From Paraspadella gotoi (lineage: Eukaryota; Animalia; Chaetognatha), in assembly GCA_051294375.1 (NCBI GenBank), contig CM119264.1, positions 21,471,125 to 21,535,124 of the forward strand: a stretch of 64,000 nt of DNA. Reading direction: 5' to 3'. Both the position numbers and the translations under genes were made by a program. This document shows positions 12,591-23,500 of this stretch, in pieces. The notes under the pieces were generated by a model that saw only the letters and a list, made by a program, of their open reading frames with translations, did not search any database and was not told the DNA's origin. How positions within the stretch are numbered: position 1 is the stretch's first letter; every line of letters starts with the position of its first letter.

Positions 12591-13067
12591 TCAATATTAA
12601 TATCTTCTTAAAGCTCCTAAAAATATAAAGACATAATTAAAAATACTGTAATATTAAAATTAGCCTATCTCGCTTTAAGATAATTATTAAATTAAAAAAT
12701 TTTAAAGAGCAGTTTTTGAATAATTATTAAATGATTGTTAGTTGTTTTAATTTAGTTTTTCTTAAGAATTTTTATAATACTTATATAAACAATAATTGGT
12801 AAGATCATAATAAAATAGGTCAGATATTTAAAAAAAATATTTTAGGATTTTATTATTTCAATTTGGATTATCTTAATTAAACTAAAGCTGGTTAGGCTTA
12901 TTTTTATGTTTCAATATTCTTAAATACATTATTTTCTTTAAATTTTTAAGAGCTTTCAGAAGATATTAATAATTTTTATTAATATTGATACCTTTTTATA
13001 TAAAAGTTCTTAAAAATTTGGGAGAGAAAACAAAAATTTGTTATTTGATAACAATGATTTTGTTTTT

Positions 13068-13124
13068 ATTTAAATCGGAAATGTTTCCACTCTAGGACTT
13101 CATAGTCTTCATCAGCATTTAAAT
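13068..13124 (-). ncRNA. Minimal type I hammerhead ribozyme motif (degenerate)
   Basis: Minus strand reads ATTTAAATG-CTGATGA-A-GACTATGAAGTCCTAGAGTG-GAAA-CATT-TC-CGATTTAAAT. Confidence 0.55.
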
Positions 13125-13139
13125 TCACAAACGTTTCAG

Positions 13140-14488
13140 TTTTTAGTCGGATCTGCTTATCAGCAGATCCCGACTCTATAATTCACTTTGTCGGTCCGTC
13201 GGTCCGCCCCCTCAATATTGTCGGGCACTAACTTATATCATGTCAGAACATCGAATTATGATAAATTAGGCAAAAAAAATAATGTCCGTCTGTCTGTCCG
13301 TCCGTCCGTCGTCGTCCGTCGTCCGTCCGTCCGTCCGTCGCCGTCCGTCCGTCCGTCCGTCCGTCCGTCGCGTCCGTCCGTCCGTCCGTCCGTCCACCTT
13401 AGAAAAAAACACCAATTACTCGTGATTGAATGGATGGATTTGAATGAAATTTTGTGTGTGGGTAGGGAAGTGTGTGATTGAGCTGGATATAAAGTTTCGA
13501 TGGAATCGTCCGAGTGGAAATGAGTTTAAATAGAAAAAAAAAAAAATATAATTCACTATTTGAACACCAATTGCTCATGAGTGGATGGGGCGATTGACCT
13601 GGAATTTTGTATGTGAGTAGGAAAGTGTGTGATTGAACAGGAAACCAAGTTTTGGTGGAATCGTTTGAGTGGAAATGAGTTTAAATGGAAAAAACAAAAA
13701 AAAAACCTGTTTCACTAATTGATTATGATTTTTTTTCCTTTTATATTAAATGTATATGCAGGATGTATTAATAAATCAAATAATTAATCAGTTAATTAAT
13801 CAATTAGTCAATTAATTAATCACTAATTAATTAATCAGTCTATCAATCCGTCCATCCGTCCCACCTTAGCAAAAAGTCCCAATAACTCGTGATTGGCTGG
13901 TTGAATCGGAATGAAATTTTGTGTATGGGTAGGAACATGTGAAGCTGGATATAAATTTTCGACGGAATCGTGTGAGTGGATATGAGTTTAAAAATGGAAA
14001 AAACATAAGTCGCATTTACTAAAATCTTTTTACTTATTTTAACCAATAAATACTCTAATTAATCATAATTGGATGGATAGATTGAGTTCAAATTTTGTGT
14101 GTGGGTAGGAAATGTGTGACGAAGCTTGATATAAAGTTTCGGTACAAGTGGAAATGAGTTTAAATGAAAAAAATATGAGTCACATTTACTTGACTCTTTT
14201 TACTTATTTTAACCAATAATAGATTGAGATGAAATTTTGTGGAGCGGGAAGGAAAGTTTGTGAAGAAGCTAGATATAAAGTTTTGACGGAATTGTGCCAG
14301 TGGAAATAAGTTTAAATGGAAAAATATAAGTCACATTTACTTTATTTTAAGGACATCGATGATGATAAGCTGTATATAAATTTATAATTATTAAATATTA
14401 AAAATTAATTAATTAATTAATTAATCGATTAATTAATTAATTAATTAATTTTCGTAGCAGATCCGACATTGTTTTGCTCAAACTTGTT
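13140..14488 (+). mobile_element. Helentron-associated interspersed element (DINE-1/HINE-like)
   Basis: Starts in a T-run. 5' subterminal hairpin GTCGGATCTGCT-TATC-AGCAGATCCCGAC; (CCGT)n microsatellite at 13285-13395; about five internal GAAATTTTGTGTGTGGGTAGG...GAGTGGAAATGAGTTTAAA repeats; 3' subTIR AGCAGATCCGAC at 14456-14467; ends in CTTGTT. Confidence 0.85.
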
Positions 14489-14505
14489 AAATATTGAGTT
14501 TGTAA

Positions 14506-14562
14506 ATTTAAATGCTGATGAAGACTCGAAAGTTATAGAGTCGAAACATATCCGATTTAAAT
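14506..14562 (+). ncRNA. Minimal type I hammerhead ribozyme motif
   Basis: ATTTAAATG-CTGATGA-A-GACTC-GAAAGTTATA-GAGTC-GAAA-CATA-TC-CGATTTAAAT: intact CUGAUGA and GAAA boxes, a 5-bp stem II, and stem I formed by the flanking ATTTAAAT. Stem III is mutated relative to the ACATGT seen at ~5567. Confidence 0.65.
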
Positions 14563-14890
14563 AAAAACAAAATATTGTTTGTCAAATAATGAATTTTCGT
14601 TTTATCTCTAAATAATTCAAAAAAATAATAAAAGAATGTAAAAGTTTTTAAAAAAATGTTTATAAAGTTAGACAAAAAAATTGAAAAGATTTGTTTTAAA
14701 ATGAAAGACAATTTTTAAAGCAACCTTTTCCTGGTCATTGCTAAGTCAAATCATAACCAATCAATATAAAATTGGGATATATAAATGATTTAGGTTTTTA
14801 CTATAGAAAAAATCTTTTAGATTAAAAATATCTTCACAAGTTTGCAAATGACAATTTTTTTTTAGCGGCGGGCTGTTATGTATCACCTTG

Positions 14891-15687
14891 TAACCCAGGC
14901 TTTTTGTTTATTTCTGAGCTTCAACCCAAACTCTAGGTTGTAGTTTATTCAAATAGCAATGTTGCCGGCGATTCACCGCCAATACACTCACTGGTGACCT
15001 CGCCAGTAATAAAAGTAATGAATATAATCAAAGGCGCAAGTTAAAGGAAAAGCTTGTGGCTGAAGTTGAGACATGGGGATAAATACATCACCTGTGGGCT
15101 CTTCCCTTAAAACTAAACCCTAACCCAAGTCTCCTGTACATCTCCATGCTTTTCCCCAACCCTAACCCAGGCCTAGGCCTCCCATACATTTCCATGCCTC
15201 AAACTTAACCCATCTGTGGGCTTTCCTAACCCTAAACCTTACCCGGGCCTCTTGTTCAACTCCATTCCTCTCCCCTAATCCTAACCAAGGCCCTGGCCTC
15301 CAGTACATCTCTGTGCTTCAACCCAACCCTAACTGCCTTCGATGCATCAACAGTAAGCCTCTCGCCCTACCCTAACCCAGGGCTCCCATTCAACTCCATG
15401 CCTCTCTCCTTACCCTAACCTTAACCCGGGACCGGGCCTCCCTCATATATTCGTACCTCAACTTTAATCCCTAATATCCATTTCCAGCACCTTCCTTAAC
15501 CCTAATGCCGGCTTCTTGTTTATCTTAACCTTAAAATTGACATTAACCCTAACCATAACCTTAAACTACTCAACCTTAATCCTAACCCTAAACTACTCAA
15601 CCCTAACCCTAATTATTACCAACTCAACCTTAACCCTAAACCAAACCATCTCAACCCTAATCTAACCCTAAAACCCTAACCCTAAAC
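14891..15687 (+). repeat. Telomere-like CCCTAA-rich minisatellite
   Basis: Roughly 50-60-bp units CCTAACCCAGG..GGCCTC..CATCTCCATGCCTC (15115-15470) grade into denser AACCCTAA runs (15545-15687). Confidence 0.8.
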
Positions 15688-16886
15688 ATAATATGAGTTT
15701 TAAGTAAAATCACTTTAACGAGAATGCTAAATATAATTCACAGTTAAATTACCAAAGAGTGAGGATATCACCAAAAAATAAAAAAAAATATTTTGCTTAT
15801 TATTGTAATATTTTTAAAAATAATTTTAATTATATAATATATTTTTAATATTAAAATATATTATATATTATAATATAAAATAAATATTAAATATAATCAA
15901 AATATAAATTATATGATTTAAAGAATATATTATGAATATTTAATTTCTGAAATTTTAATTATATATATATAGTAATGGAGCAGGAGCCGGAGCCGGAGCC
16001 GGAGCCGAAAACAAATTTTGCTTGGAGCCGCAGCCGGAGCTGGAGCCGGAAAAAAATTAGGCCTGGAACTGGAACCGTAGCTGGAGCCGAGACAAAATTA
16101 GGTCGGCTCCACATCCCTGATAAAAAGAGATAAAAAGGTTAAAAACATCGACAAACAACTTTTCCAATGTAAAAAGAGATAAAAAGGTTAAATACAACGG
16201 CAGACGACATTTCCTATGTAAAAAGAGATAAAAACGTTAAAAACACAAGCAAACTTCTTTTCCAATATAAAAAGAGATAAAAACTTTTAAAAAACCGGCA
16301 AGCGATTTTTCTATTGTAAAAAGAGATAAAAAACACCGACAAACGACTTTTCCAATTTAAAAAAAGATAAAAACGTTAAATACACCTTCAGACGACATTT
16401 CCTATGTAAAAAGAAATAAAAACGTTAACAACACCAGCAAACAATTTTTCCAAAGAGATAAAAACTTTAAAAACACCAAAAACCAACTTCTTCAATGTAA
16501 AAAGAGATTAAAACTTTAAAAACAAAGAAAAGACGCTTTTTCTAATGTAAAAAGAGATAAAAACGTAGAAAACACCGGAAAACGATATTTTAATTGTAAA
16601 AAGAAATAAAAACGTTAAAAACTTCGGCAAACATTTTTTGCAATATAAAAAGAGATAAAAAGGTTAAAAACACCGACAAACAACTTTTCCAATGTAAAAA
16701 GAGATAAATACACCGGCAAACGACTTTTCCAATGTCAAAAAAGATAAAAACGTTAAAAACACCGAAAAACGTCTTTTCCATTGTAAAAAAGGATAAAAAC
16801 GTTGAAAACACCAGAAAACAACTTTTTCAATGTAAAAAGAGATAAAAACTTTAAAAACAAAGAAAAACGCTTTTCCAATGTAAAAT

Positions 16887-17512
16887 TGGCTAATTTTACA
16901 TTAGCCGATGAAATTTAAATGCTAATGAATACAACATTAAAATAATCTATCATGAGCATAGATTATATTATTAAAATATTTTTTGTCAAAAATTATTTTT
17001 TTGGAGGGTACTAGCCTAATTAAAATTATTATATTACTATATAAAGCAAAAAAAAATTTTTTGAAATCTTAAAATTTTTTAATGGATTCTGATAGAGCAT
17101 AAAAAGTTAAACATGAAATATAATTACAGCTTTTAAAAATTCTTACGTTTTCTTAGTAAAAATTTAAAAAAACTGATAAAATCATCAAAAGATGATGATG
17201 ATGACGATTTTTTATGGTTTTTCTTATTTTTGACCTCCTTATCATAACAATATTTAAAAAAGAATTATACTTTGTGTAGACAACTTTTTATGAGCTATCT
17301 GAATCTGGTCTTAAAACTTAAAATTTCTAAAAAAAATTTTTGACCTTTCCTATCTATAAATAAATAAATATTAAAAAATTAATTACTAGGGTATAGAGCC
17401 ATATAAAAATTTTTTTGTCCATTGAAAGTATACTTAAAAATGTATAAATTTTCGTTTGAGCTTGTACTCACTCTAAATTTTTTACTCACCCCATTGAGTG
17501 CGGCTACCCCTA
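16887..17512. mobile_element. AT-rich foldback-like insertion in the satellite
   Basis: Non-satellite ~0.63-kb segment flanked by GTAAAAT on both sides. Internal inverted repeat GATTCTGATAGAGCATAAAAAGTT (~17085-17108) / AACTTTTTATGAGCTATCTGAATC (~17282-17305). Confidence 0.6.
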
Positions 17513-20500
17513 GTAAAATGAGATAAAAACGTAGAAAACACCGGAAAACGATATTTTCAAAGAAAAAAGAAATAAAAACGTTAAAAACTTCTGCAAACAA
17601 CTTTTTCAATATAAAAATAGATAAAAAGGTTAAAAACACCGGCAAAAAACTTTTTGATTGTATAAAGAGAAACGACTTTTCTTTTGTAGAATGAGATAAA
17701 AACATTAAAAACACCGGAAAAGGACTTTTTCCTAGTAAAAAAATGAAAACGTTAAAAACACTGTAAAACGACTTTTCCAATGTAAAAAGAGCTAAAAACG
17801 TTAAAAACACCGGGAAACGTAATGTAAAAAGAGATAAAAACATTGAAAACACCGGCAAACAACTTTTTCAATGTAAAAAGAAATAAAAACGTTAAAAACT
17901 TTGGAAAACGACTTTCCCAGCGACAATCGACTTTTTCAATTTAAAAATGGATAAAAAAGTTAAAAACACTAGCAAACGTCTTTTCCTTAGTAAAAAAAAT
18001 GTAAACGTTAAAAACACTGGAAAACGACTTTACCAATGCAAAAAAAGATAAAAACGTTAAATACACCGAAAAAGCACTTTTCCAATGTAAAAAGAATTAA
18101 AAACTTTAAAAACTTTGGCAAACTACTTTTCCAATAAAAAAAGAAATAAAACCGTTGAAAACCCCGTCAAACGAAAAAAAAGCTAAAAACGTTAAAAACA
18201 TCAAAAACAACTTTTCTTTTGTAAAAAGAGATGAAAACGTTAAAAACACCGAAAACGACTTTTCCTTTTCCTATGTAAAAAGAGCTAAAACGTAATAAAC
18301 ACCGTAAAACGACTTTTCCTTTTCCTATGTAAAAAGAGCTAAAAACGTTAAAAACACAAGAAAACGACTTTTCCTTTTTAAAAAGATATGAAAACGTTAA
18401 AAATAACAGAAAACGATTTTTTTCAATGTAAAAAGAAATAAATGCGTTAAAAACACCGGACAAACGACCTTTTCCAATGTAAAAAGAGAAAAAAACGTTA
18501 AGTAAGCACCGGCAGACGACATTTCTTATGTATAAAAGAGATAAAAACGTTTAAAACATACCAACAAACGACTTTTTCCAATATAAAAAAGAGATAAAAA
18601 CTTTAGAAACAAAGAAAAATGCTTTTTCCAAAAGTAAAAGAGATAAACGTAGAAAACGAGGCACCGGCAAACGTATTTTCAATAAAAAAAGAAATAAAAA
18701 ACGTTAAAAACTTCGGCAAACAACTTTTTCAATATAAAAAGAGATAAAAAGTTTTTAAGCGTTTTATTTCTTTTTACATTTGAAAATACGTTTGCGCGGG
18801 GTTTTCTACGTTTTTATCTCTTTTTACATGGAAAAGGCGTTTTCTTATGTTCCTAAAGTTTTTTATATCTTTTTTATATTGGAAAAGTCGTTTGCTGTGT
18901 TTTTATCTCTTTTTACATAGGAAATGTCGTCTGCCGGCGTAGGAATAGTCGATCGACGGGTTTTCAAACGGTTTTATTTATTTTTTATGAAAAGTCGTTT
19001 GCATAGGAAAAGTCGTTTGTCGGTGTTTTAACGCATTTATTTCTTTCTACATTGGAAAAAATCGTTTTCTGTTATTTTTAAACGTTTTTATATCTTTTGG
19101 TTACATTACTCTATAACTATTGTAGCCTGTACAATTGAAAATTATTTGTTTTTTCGGTGTTTTCTATGTGTTTAGTCTTTTTTTTACAATTGAAAAAATT
19201 CGTTTTTCCTTGTTTTTAACCGTTTTCATCTGCTTTTTACAAAAGAAAAGTCGTTTTTCAGTGTTTTTAAACGTTTTTATCTCTTTTTACATAAGAAAGA
19301 AACGAGAAAGTCGTTTTTCGGTGTTTTTAAAGTTTTTCTATTTTTTAAATTTGAAAAAGTGTTTGCAGAAGATTTAACAGTTTTTATTTCTTTTTTCTTT
19401 TAAAAAATCGTTTTCCGGTGTTTTTCTACGTTTCTTATATCTTTTTACTTGAAAGCGTTTTTCTTTTTTTTTTTTAAGTTTTTTTTCTTTTTTTACATTG
19501 AAAAAGTAGTGTTTCTGGTGTTTACAAACGTTTGTTACCCTTTTTTTAGCAATGGAAAAGACGTTTATTGGTGTTTTTAACGTTTTTATTATTTTTGACA
19601 TTGGAAAAGTCGTTTTCCGCGTGCGTTTTTAACGTTTTTAGCTCTTTTTACGATAGGAAAAGTTGTTTGCTGTTGTATTAACGGTTTATCTTTTTTTACA
19701 TTGAAAAGTTATTGTCGGTGTTTTTAACCTTTTTATCTCTTTTTATATTGCAAAATGTTTGCCGAAGTTTTTTAACGTTTTTTTTCTTTTACATTGAAAT
19801 ATTGTTTGCCGGTGTTTTCAATACCGCGTTTTTTATCTCTTTTTACATTGGAAAAAACGTTTTTCTTGTGTTTTGAAAAGTTTTTATCTCTTTGGAAAAG
19901 TTCGTCTTTGCTGTGTGGTTTTTAACGTTTACTCTTTTTACATAGGAAAATGTCGTCTGCCGGTGAGTAATCTTAACGTTTTTATCCTTTTTTACCATTG
20001 GAAAAGTCCCGTTTGTTCGGTGTTTTTAATCTCTTTTATATTGGAAAAAATCGTTTGCGGTTTTTTTTAAGTTTTTATTCTGTTTTAATATTGGAAAATA
20101 AGTTTTCTAGTGTTTTTAACGTTTTTATCTCTTTGTACATTGGAAAAGTCGTTTGTCGGTGTTTTTTATCTTTTTTTACATTTGAAAAATCGCTTGCCGA
20201 TTTTTTTTAAGTTATTATCTATTTTTATATTTGAAAAAAAGTTTGCTAGTGTTTTTAACGTTTTTATCTCCTTTTACATAGAAAATGTCGTCTGCCGGTG
20301 TATTTAACGTTTTTATCTGTTTTTACATTGGAAAAGTCGTTTGCCAAAGTTTTTAACCTTTTTATTTTTTTTTACATTGAAAATATCGTTTGCCGGTCTT
20401 TTCTACGTTTTTATCTCCTTTTACATTGCAAAAAGAGTTTTCCTTTGTTTTTAAAGTTTTTATCTTTTTTTTATATTGGAAAAGTCGTTTGCTGGTTTTT

Positions 20501-23500
20501 TAAACATTTTTATCTCTTTTTACATAGGAAATGTCGTCTGCCGGTGTATTTAATGTTTTTATCTCTTTTTACATTGGAAAAGTCGTTTGTCGGTGTTTTT
20601 AACGCATTTATTTCTTTTTACATTGGAAAAATCGTTTTCTGTTATTTTTAACGTTTTCATATCTTTTTACAAAGGAAAAGTCGTTTGCTAGTATTTTTAA
20701 CTTTTTTATCCATTTTTAAATTTAAAAAGTCGATTGTCGCTGTGAAAGTCGTTCGCCAAAGTTTTTAACATTTTTATTTCTTTTTACATTGAAAAAGTTG
20801 TTTGCCGGTGTTTTTAACGTTTTTATCTCATTCTACAAAAGAAAAGTTATCTGTTGTCTTTAACGTTTTTATCTCTTTATACAATCAAAAAGTTGTTTGC
20901 CGGTGTTTTTAACCTTTTTATCTATTTTTATATTGAAGTTTTTAACGTTTTTATTTCGTTTTTTTTGAAAATATCGTTTTCCGGTGTTTTCTACATTGTA
21001 AAAAGCGTTTTTCTTTGTTTTTAGAGTTTTTATCTTTTTTTACATTGAAGAAGTTGTTTTCTGGTGTTTTCAACGTTTTTATCCTTTTTTACAATGGAAA
21101 AGACGTATTTCGGTGTTTTTCACGTTTTTATCTTTTTTGACATTGGAAAAGTCGTTTTTGCGTGTTTTTAACGTTTTTCTCTCATTATACAAAAGAAGAG
21201 TCGTTTTCTGGTGTTTTTAACGTTTTTATCTCTTTATACAATCATAAAGTTGTTTGTCGGTGTTTTTAACCTTTTTATCTATTTTTATATTGAAAAAGTT
21301 GTTTGCAGAAGTTTTTATTTCTTTTTTCTTTTAAAATATCTTTTTCCGGTGTTTTCTACGTTTTTATCTCTTTTTACATTGGAAAAAGCGTTTTTTCTTT
21401 GTTTTTAAAGTTTTAATCTCTTTTTACATTGAAGAAGTTGTTTTCTGGTGTTTTCAACGTTTTTATCTCTTTTTACAATGGAAAAGACGTTTTTCGGTGT
21501 TTTTAACGTCTTTATTTCTGTTGACATTGGAAAAGTCGTTTTTGCGTGTTTTTAACGTTTNNNNNNNNNNNNNNNNNNNNNNNNNNNNNNNNNNNNNNNN
21601 NNNNNNNNNNNNNNNNNNNNNNNNNNNNNNNNNNNNNNNNNNNNNNNNNNNNNNNNNNNNTCTTTTTACATTGGAAAAGTCCGTTTGTCGATTTTTTCAA
21701 CCCTTTTTATCTTTTTTTTATATTGAAAAAGTTGTTTGCCGGTGTTTCAATGTTTTTATCTCTTTTTACATTACGTTTTCCGGTGTTTTTAACGTTTTTA
21801 GCTCTTTTTACATTGGAAAAGTCTGTTTTCCGGTTGTTTTTAACGTTTTTATCTCATTCTACAAAAGAAAAGTCGTTTTCTGGTGTTTTTAACCTTTTTT
21901 CTCTTCATATAATCAAACAGTGGTTTGCCGGTGTTTTTAACGTTTTTATCTATTTTTATTTTGAAAAAGTTGTTTGCAGAAGTTTTTATTTCTTTCTTCT
22001 TTGAAAATATCGTTTTCCGGTGTTTTCTACGTTTTTATATCTTTTTACATTGGAAAAAGCGTTTTTCTTTGTTTTTAAAGTTTTTATCTCTTTTTACATT
22101 GAAGAAGTTGTTTTCTGGTGTTTTCAACGTTTTTATTTTTTTTTACAAAGGAAAATATGTTTTTCGGTGTTTTTAACGATTTAATTTTTTTTTGTCATTG
22201 GAAAAGTTGTGTTCGGGTGTTTTTAACGTTTTTAGCTCTTTTTACATAGGAAAAGTCGTTTGCCGGTGTATTTAACGTTTTTATCTCTTTTTACATTGGA
22301 AAAGTTGTTTGTCGGTGTTTTTAACCTTTTTATCTCTTTTTATATTGCAAAAAATGTTTGCCAAAGTTTTTAACATTTTTGTTTCTTTTTACATTGAAAA
22401 AATCGTTTGCCGGTGTTTTCTACGTTTTTATCTCTTTTTACATTGAAAAAAGCGTTCTTCTTTGTTTTTAAAGTTTTTATCTATTTTTAAAATCGTTTGC
22501 TGGTGTATTTAATGTTTTCATCTTTTTTGACATAAGAAATGTCGTCTGCCGGTGTATTTGACGTTTTTATCTTTTTTTACATTTGAAAAGTCGTTTGTCG
22601 GTGTTTTTTATCTTTTTTTACATTGGAAAAGTCGTTTGCCGGTTTTTTAAAAGTTTTTATCTCTTATTATATTGGAAAAGAAGTTTGCTAGTGTTTTTAA
22701 CGTTTTTATTTCTTTTTACATTGAAAATATCGTTTGCCGGTGTTTTTTACTTTTTTATCTCTTTTTACATTGGAAAAAGCGTTTTTCTTTGTTTCTAAAG
22801 TTTTTATTTCTTTTTATATTGGAAAAGTAATTTGCAGGTGTTTTAAACGTTTTTATCTCTTTTTACATAGGAAAAGTCGTTTTACAGTGTTTTTAACGTT
22901 TTCATCTTTTTTTACATAGAAAAAGGAAAAGGAAAAGTCGTTTTTCGGTGTTTTTAACGTTTTCATCTCTTTTTACAAAAGAAAAGTCGTTTTTTGATGT
23001 TTTTAACGTTTTTAGCTTTTTTTACATAGGAATAGTCGTTTGACGGGGTTTTAAACGGTTTTATTTCTTTTTTTATTGGAAAAGTCGTTTGCCAAAGTTT
23101 TTAACGTTTTTAATTCTTTTTACATTGGAAAAGTGCTTTTTCGGTGTTTTTAACGTTTTTATCTTTTTTTGCATTGGAAAAGTCGTTTTCCAGTGTTTTT
23201 AACATTTACATTTTTTTTTACTAAGGAAAAGTCGTTTGCTAGTGTTTTTAACTTTTTTATCCATTTTTAAATTGAAAAAGTCGATTGTCGCGGGGAAAGT
23301 CATTTGCCAAAGTTTTTAACGTTTTTATTACTTTTTACATTGAAAAAGTTGTTTGCCGGTGTTTTCAATGTTTTGATCTCTTTTTACATTACATTTTCCG
23401 GTGTTTTTAACGTTTTTAGCTCTTTTTACATTGGAAAAGTCGTTTTCTGATGTTTTTAACGTTTTTATCTCTTTATACAATCAAAAAGTTTTTATTTTTT

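Larger units (their letters stand above)
13017..14612. mobile_element. Head-to-head inverted pair of Penelope-like (PLE) terminal fragments, centre interrupted by a HINE
   Basis: The ~115-bp arms at 13017-13132 and 14497-14612 are inverted repeats. Each carries an outward-facing hammerhead motif followed by AATAAA. Confidence 0.65.
4550..14890. mobile_element. Tc1/mariner-type foldback MITE (TA TSD), expanded to 10.3 kb by nested insertions
   Basis: TA|CAAGGTGACACACAAAAGCCCGCCGCTAAAAAAAA ... TTTTTTTTAGCGGCGGGCTGTTATGTATCACCTTG|TA. The inverted arms continue internally (4550-4700 vs 14740-14890; AACTTTATATAAAAAGGTATC ~8585-8605 vs GATACCTTTTTATATAAAAGTT ~12987-13008). Removing the inserts leaves ~0.96 kb, similar to the intact relative at 40574-41529. 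Confidence 0.85.
1250..16119. mobile_element. hAT-like non-autonomous element termini with (GGAGCC)n subterminal repeats; possible outer shell of the nest
   Basis: Perfect 16-bp inverted repeat CAGGGATGTGGAGCCG (1250-1265) / CGGCTCCACATCCCTG (16104-16119). GGAGCC arrays at 1259-1392 and 15977-16090. Flanks (TCTAACCG vs ATAAAAAG) do not form a TSD, so the two ends may belong to different copies. Confidence 0.55.

Noticed and set aside
15545-15687. True telomere or chromosome fusion site
   Set aside because: The repeats are degenerate and short, lack a head-to-head TTAGGG array and are embedded among transposon ends.
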